From Thermoplasmata archaeon (GTDB lineage Archaea; Thermoplasmatota; Thermoplasmata; Lutacidiplasmatales; UBA184): DNA of 64,000 nucleotides. Every line of letters starts with the position of its first letter. Positions within the stretch are counted from its first letter, which is position 1. The notes under the pieces are model-generated. The model was not told where the DNA came from, did not search any database, and was given only the letters and a program-made list of their open reading frames with translations. Made by a program: the position numbers and the translations under genes. Positions 61,393 to 64,000 of this stretch are shown in pieces. The stretch spans positions 21,594-85,593 of the forward strand of contig DATJYS010000001.1 of assembly GCA_035499455.1 (NCBI GenBank). The letters are read 5' to 3'.

Positions 61393-62159
61393 AGCTCCCC
61401 CCGGTCCTCCGGCTGCTCGCGCGGAACTTCGAGTCGAACCTGGACGTGATCACGCTCATCGTGATGTTCGGCCAGCCGGCGTTCCTGATCGTCGTCCTCG
61501 GAACGATGTTCACGCCGATCGTCGGGAACCTGGGGACCGGGGAGAACTACACGTCGTTCCTCGTCCCGGGGATGATCGCCTCCCAGATGATCACCGGCGC
61601 GGTGCTCGCGGGCCGGATCTTCTGGCTCGACCGGCGCTGGTCGATGGTCGAGCAGCTGTTCTCGGGCCCGTTCCGGCGGTATGAGTACCTCGCCGCGCTC
61701 CTCCTCACCACCCTCACGTTCGCGCTCGTGGGGGTCGGGATCATGGCGGTCGTCGCGCTCCCGCTCGTCGGACTGCCGCTCCTCTCCCCGGTCGAGCTGC
61801 TCCTCATCCTCGGGACGATCGGCCTCGGGGCGATCTTCTTCGGCGGGCTCCTGATCGCGATCGGCTCGCGGATCCGCTCCGCGAACCTCTACTTCACGAT
61901 CCAGTCGGTGCTGCAGTACTTCCTCGTGTTCGTCTCGACCGTCTACTATCCGGTCACGTCGAAGACGCCGTTCGCCCTGCGGGCGATCGTCTACGCGAAC
62001 CCGCTGACGTACGCGGCCAACACCGTGCGGGACGCGTTCACCCACCATTTCGGGCCGGGGGACGCGGTCGCCGCCGGCGTCCTCGGGGGGCTCTCCGCGG
62101 TGACGTTCACCCTCGCCGTGCTCGCCTTCCGCCGGCTCGACTTCGGCCCGGTCCAATAG
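61389..62159 (+). CDS. ABC-2 type transporter permease
   Basis: Six hydrophobic helices. GTGA overlap with the ATPase gene. ANPLTYAANTVRDAF is typical of ABC-2 permeases. Confidence 0.85.
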   Translation: MKLPPVLRLLARNFESNLDVITLIVMFGQPAFLIVVLGTMFTPIVGNLGTGENYTSFLVPGMIASQMITGAVLAGRIFWLDRRWSMVEQLFSGPFRRYEYLAALLLTTLTFALVGVGIMAVVALPLVGLPLLSPVELLLILGTIGLGAIFFGGLLIAIGSRIRSANLYFTIQSVLQYFLVFVSTVYYPVTSKTPFALRAIVYANPLTYAANTVRDAFTHHFGPGDAVAAGVLGGLSAVTFTLAVLAFRRLDFGPVQ

Positions 62160-62187
62160 GCGCGCCGTCGGTCCCGCGGGACCGTGC

Positions 62188-64000
62188 CTACGTCCGCCCG
62201 CGGACGGTGGCCAGCGCCGGGGCGAACCCGGTCGGGAGCTCGTGCGGGGGCACCGGGTAGAAGGAGACGCTCACGGCGGCCGGCCCGCCGGCGACGACCG
62301 CCGCCCCCGGGGAAGCGGAGACGAGATAGCCGGGAACTCGGGGGATATGGTAGGCGTGGGTCCCGTTCGGCTCGGAGACCGTGATCGTGGTCGTGTCGGA
62401 GGTGTACTCCGTGCCGAGGGTCCGCACCGACCAGTTCGTCCCGGAAGTGAGCCCGCTCTCGGTGAAGGTGACCGGGTACGTCACCCGGACGAACGTCACG
62501 TTGACGTAGACGATGTTCGCGGCGATGGTGACCGACCCGGGGGCCGGGGTCGTCCAGCCGGGAATCGGGCGCACCGAGTACGGGTAGCTGCCGTTCGGCA
62601 GCGGCACGATCAGGAACCACCTTTCGGACCCGTGCGTGTGGCCGTCGATCGTCACCTTCCAGCGGTGGCCGCTCGGGAGCCCGTGGACCAAGAACCACGC
62701 GGAGTAGGTGACGGGGTGGAAGACGACGTTCTTCGTGATGTCGACCAGCCCGACCGAGACCGAGCCCGGGGAGAGCGGTCGGTACCCCGAGACGAGCGTC
62801 ACGTTGTAGGGGTAGTGCCCGGGGAAGATCCCGGGGAAGACGATCGACGGCACGGTCGCGCAGATCGTCCCGTTGAGCGTCACGCACCAGTGGGTCCCAC
62901 TGGTGAGCCCGGACTCGTCGAACGTCACCGAGCGGGGCACCTCGGGGGCGAAGGTGACCCCGACCGAACGCCCGCCGTGATGCAGCACCGCGGGCGAGCG
63001 CGCGGTGAGGGCGACCGACATGTGGACCGGTCCGGTGACCGAGAACGGGTAGACCCCGTACGGCTCGACGTACGCGACGGTCGTCGTCGCGACCGTGTGC
63101 GGGGTCCCCTGGACCGTGACCGTCCAGTTGGTGCCGAGCGGAAGCCCGACCTCGGAGAACGTGAGCGCGTACCCGGAGGGGCCGATGACGGTCGTTCGGT
63201 TGGACGCGGGTGCGGAGGCGAACAGGAGTCCGTCCACGGGATCGAAGGCGAGCGCGGTCGGCGCGCCGCTCGTCGCCAGCGTCTTGAGAAGCTGTCCGTT
63301 CCCGAGGACGGCGACCTCCCCGGGGCCGTTCACGGGCACGTACACGTCCCCGGTGGAGGGGGCGAACGAGGCGCCGAGCGGGTCCGCGCCGACGATCACG
63401 GTCGCGGTGACCACGGCGTCCCGCACGACGCTGACCGATCCCCCGCCCGAGTTCGACACGTAGACGGCCTGGTCGGCCGGATCGTAGGCGGCGCTCGACG
63501 GGTCGGCGCCGACCCCCGCCGTGCCGGCGACGGCGATCCCGTGGAGGACCGAGACGTTCGCGGAGCCCGCGTTCGCCACGTAGACGTCCCCGTTCGCCGC
63601 GTCGAACGCCAGGCCCGCGGGGGAGGTCCCGACCGCGACGGTCGCTACGACCGTCGTGCCGTTCACGATCGTCACGGCCGCCGCGCCCGGCTCGGCGAAG
63701 TAGATCGACGCATCGACGGGGTCGAAGACGGCGGAACCGGGGGCGGCAGGGAGGGCGACCGTGTCCATGACCGCGAGCCCGGAGATCACGGAGACGTTCG
63801 ACGAGCCGCCGTTCGCGACGTAGATGCTTCCCGTGAGCGGGTCGAGCACGCCGGCGACCGGGTCGGACCCGACGGGGATCGTCGCGGCGACGCTCGAGCC
63901 GTGGAGGACGCTGACCGTGCCGGTGACCGCGTCGTTCCCCACGTAGACGTCGTGGTCGCTGGGGTCGTAGACCGCCCAGGACGGGTTCGTCCCCACGGGA
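62188..64000 (-). CDS. Secreted surface protein (5'-partial): YVTN beta-propeller repeats + four ~90-aa beta-sandwich modules
   Basis: The ORF runs off the window end. It has repeating ...VYVANxGSxNVSVI... (YVTN-type) units. Four modules follow: Y.LTFSEVGLPLGTNWTVTVQG, VTFDESGLTSGTHWCVTLNG, FLVHGLPSGHRWKVTIDG, VTFTESGLTSGTNWSVRTLG. Confidence 0.8.
   Translation of the reverse strand, partial: PVGTNPSWAVYDPSDHDVYVGNDAVTGTVSVLHGSSVAATIPVGSDPVAGVLDPLTGSIYVANGGSSNVSVISGLAVMDTVALPAAPGSAVFDPVDASIYFAEPGAAAVTIVNGTTVVATVAVGTSPAGLAFDAANGDVYVANAGSANVSVLHGIAVAGTAGVGADPSSAAYDPADQAVYVSNSGGGSVSVVRDAVVTATVIVGADPLGASFAPSTGDVYVPVNGPGEVAVLGNGQLLKTLATSGAPTALAFDPVDGLLFASAPASNRTTVIGPSGYALTFSEVGLPLGTNWTVTVQGTPHTVATTTVAYVEPYGVYPFSVTGPVHMSVALTARSPAVLHHGGRSVGVTFAPEVPRSVTFDESGLTSGTHWCVTLNGTICATVPSIVFPGIFPGHYPYNVTLVSGYRPLSPGSVSVGLVDITKNVVFHPVTYSAWFLVHGLPSGHRWKVTIDGHTHGSERWFLIVPLPNGSYPYSVRPIPGWTTPAPGSVTIAANIVYVNVTFVRVTYPVTFTESGLTSGTNWSVRTLGTEYTSDTTTITVSEPNGTHAYHIPRVPGYLVSASPGAAVVAGGPAAVSVSFYPVPPHELPTGFAPALATVRGRT

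Noticed and set aside
1-64000. CRISPR arrays, rRNA genes, transposases/integrases, prophage genes
   Set aside because: I found no regularly spaced short direct repeats, no rRNA-like sequence, and no DDE, tyrosine- or serine-recombinase motifs in any credible ORF.

Overview
This is a dense, high-G+C stretch of an archaeal chromosome. Hand counts of typical 60-nt lines give about 70-73% G+C. I annotate roughly 75 genes.

Archaeal hallmark clusters are unambiguous:
- Nop10 / aIF2-alpha / S27e / L44e, divergent from L1 / L10(P0) / P1
- Nop5 / fibrillarin
- LX / prefoldin-alpha / FtsY / SpoU methyltransferase
- L15e, and Pcc1 / prefoldin-beta
- mevalonate kinase, Trm56 and GGPP synthase

Housekeeping genes include purF, purB, argS, queC, mscL, mntH, carbamate kinase, two TGS-domain GTPases and two MFS transporters. 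An ABC-2 exporter pair and a GINS subunit are also present. Three very large N-glycosylation-sequon-rich surface proteins are present: a Kelch + 6xPKD protein and two that run off the window edges.

There is one tRNA, tRNA-Gln(UUG). I saw no rRNA, CRISPR array, transposase or integrase. Lineage is a low-confidence guess: Thermoplasmatota-like, based on the eqolisin, thermopsin-type repeat modules and a DUF973-like protein.

The high G+C creates many long spurious antisense or out-of-frame ORFs. I discriminated using recognisable motifs and third-codon-position G/C.

Most interesting observations:
1. A co-directional cluster at 27.8-33.3 kb. It holds an FtsK/HerA-type ATPase with a C-terminal winged helix, then three tandem KaiC/RadA-like paralogues showing stepwise P-loop loss, then a PAC2-like protein.
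2. An untracked 52-aa ORF built from 21-bp repeats. It encodes a His/Asp heptad coiled coil and lies beside mntH.
3. tRNA-Gln followed one nucleotide later by the 3' fragment of a different tRNA, at the edge of a lower-G+C segment.
4. A ~2.8-kb islet of ~52-55% G+C carrying a glutamic (G1/eqolisin) peptidase.

All family assignments come from reading motifs and memory. No searches were run.
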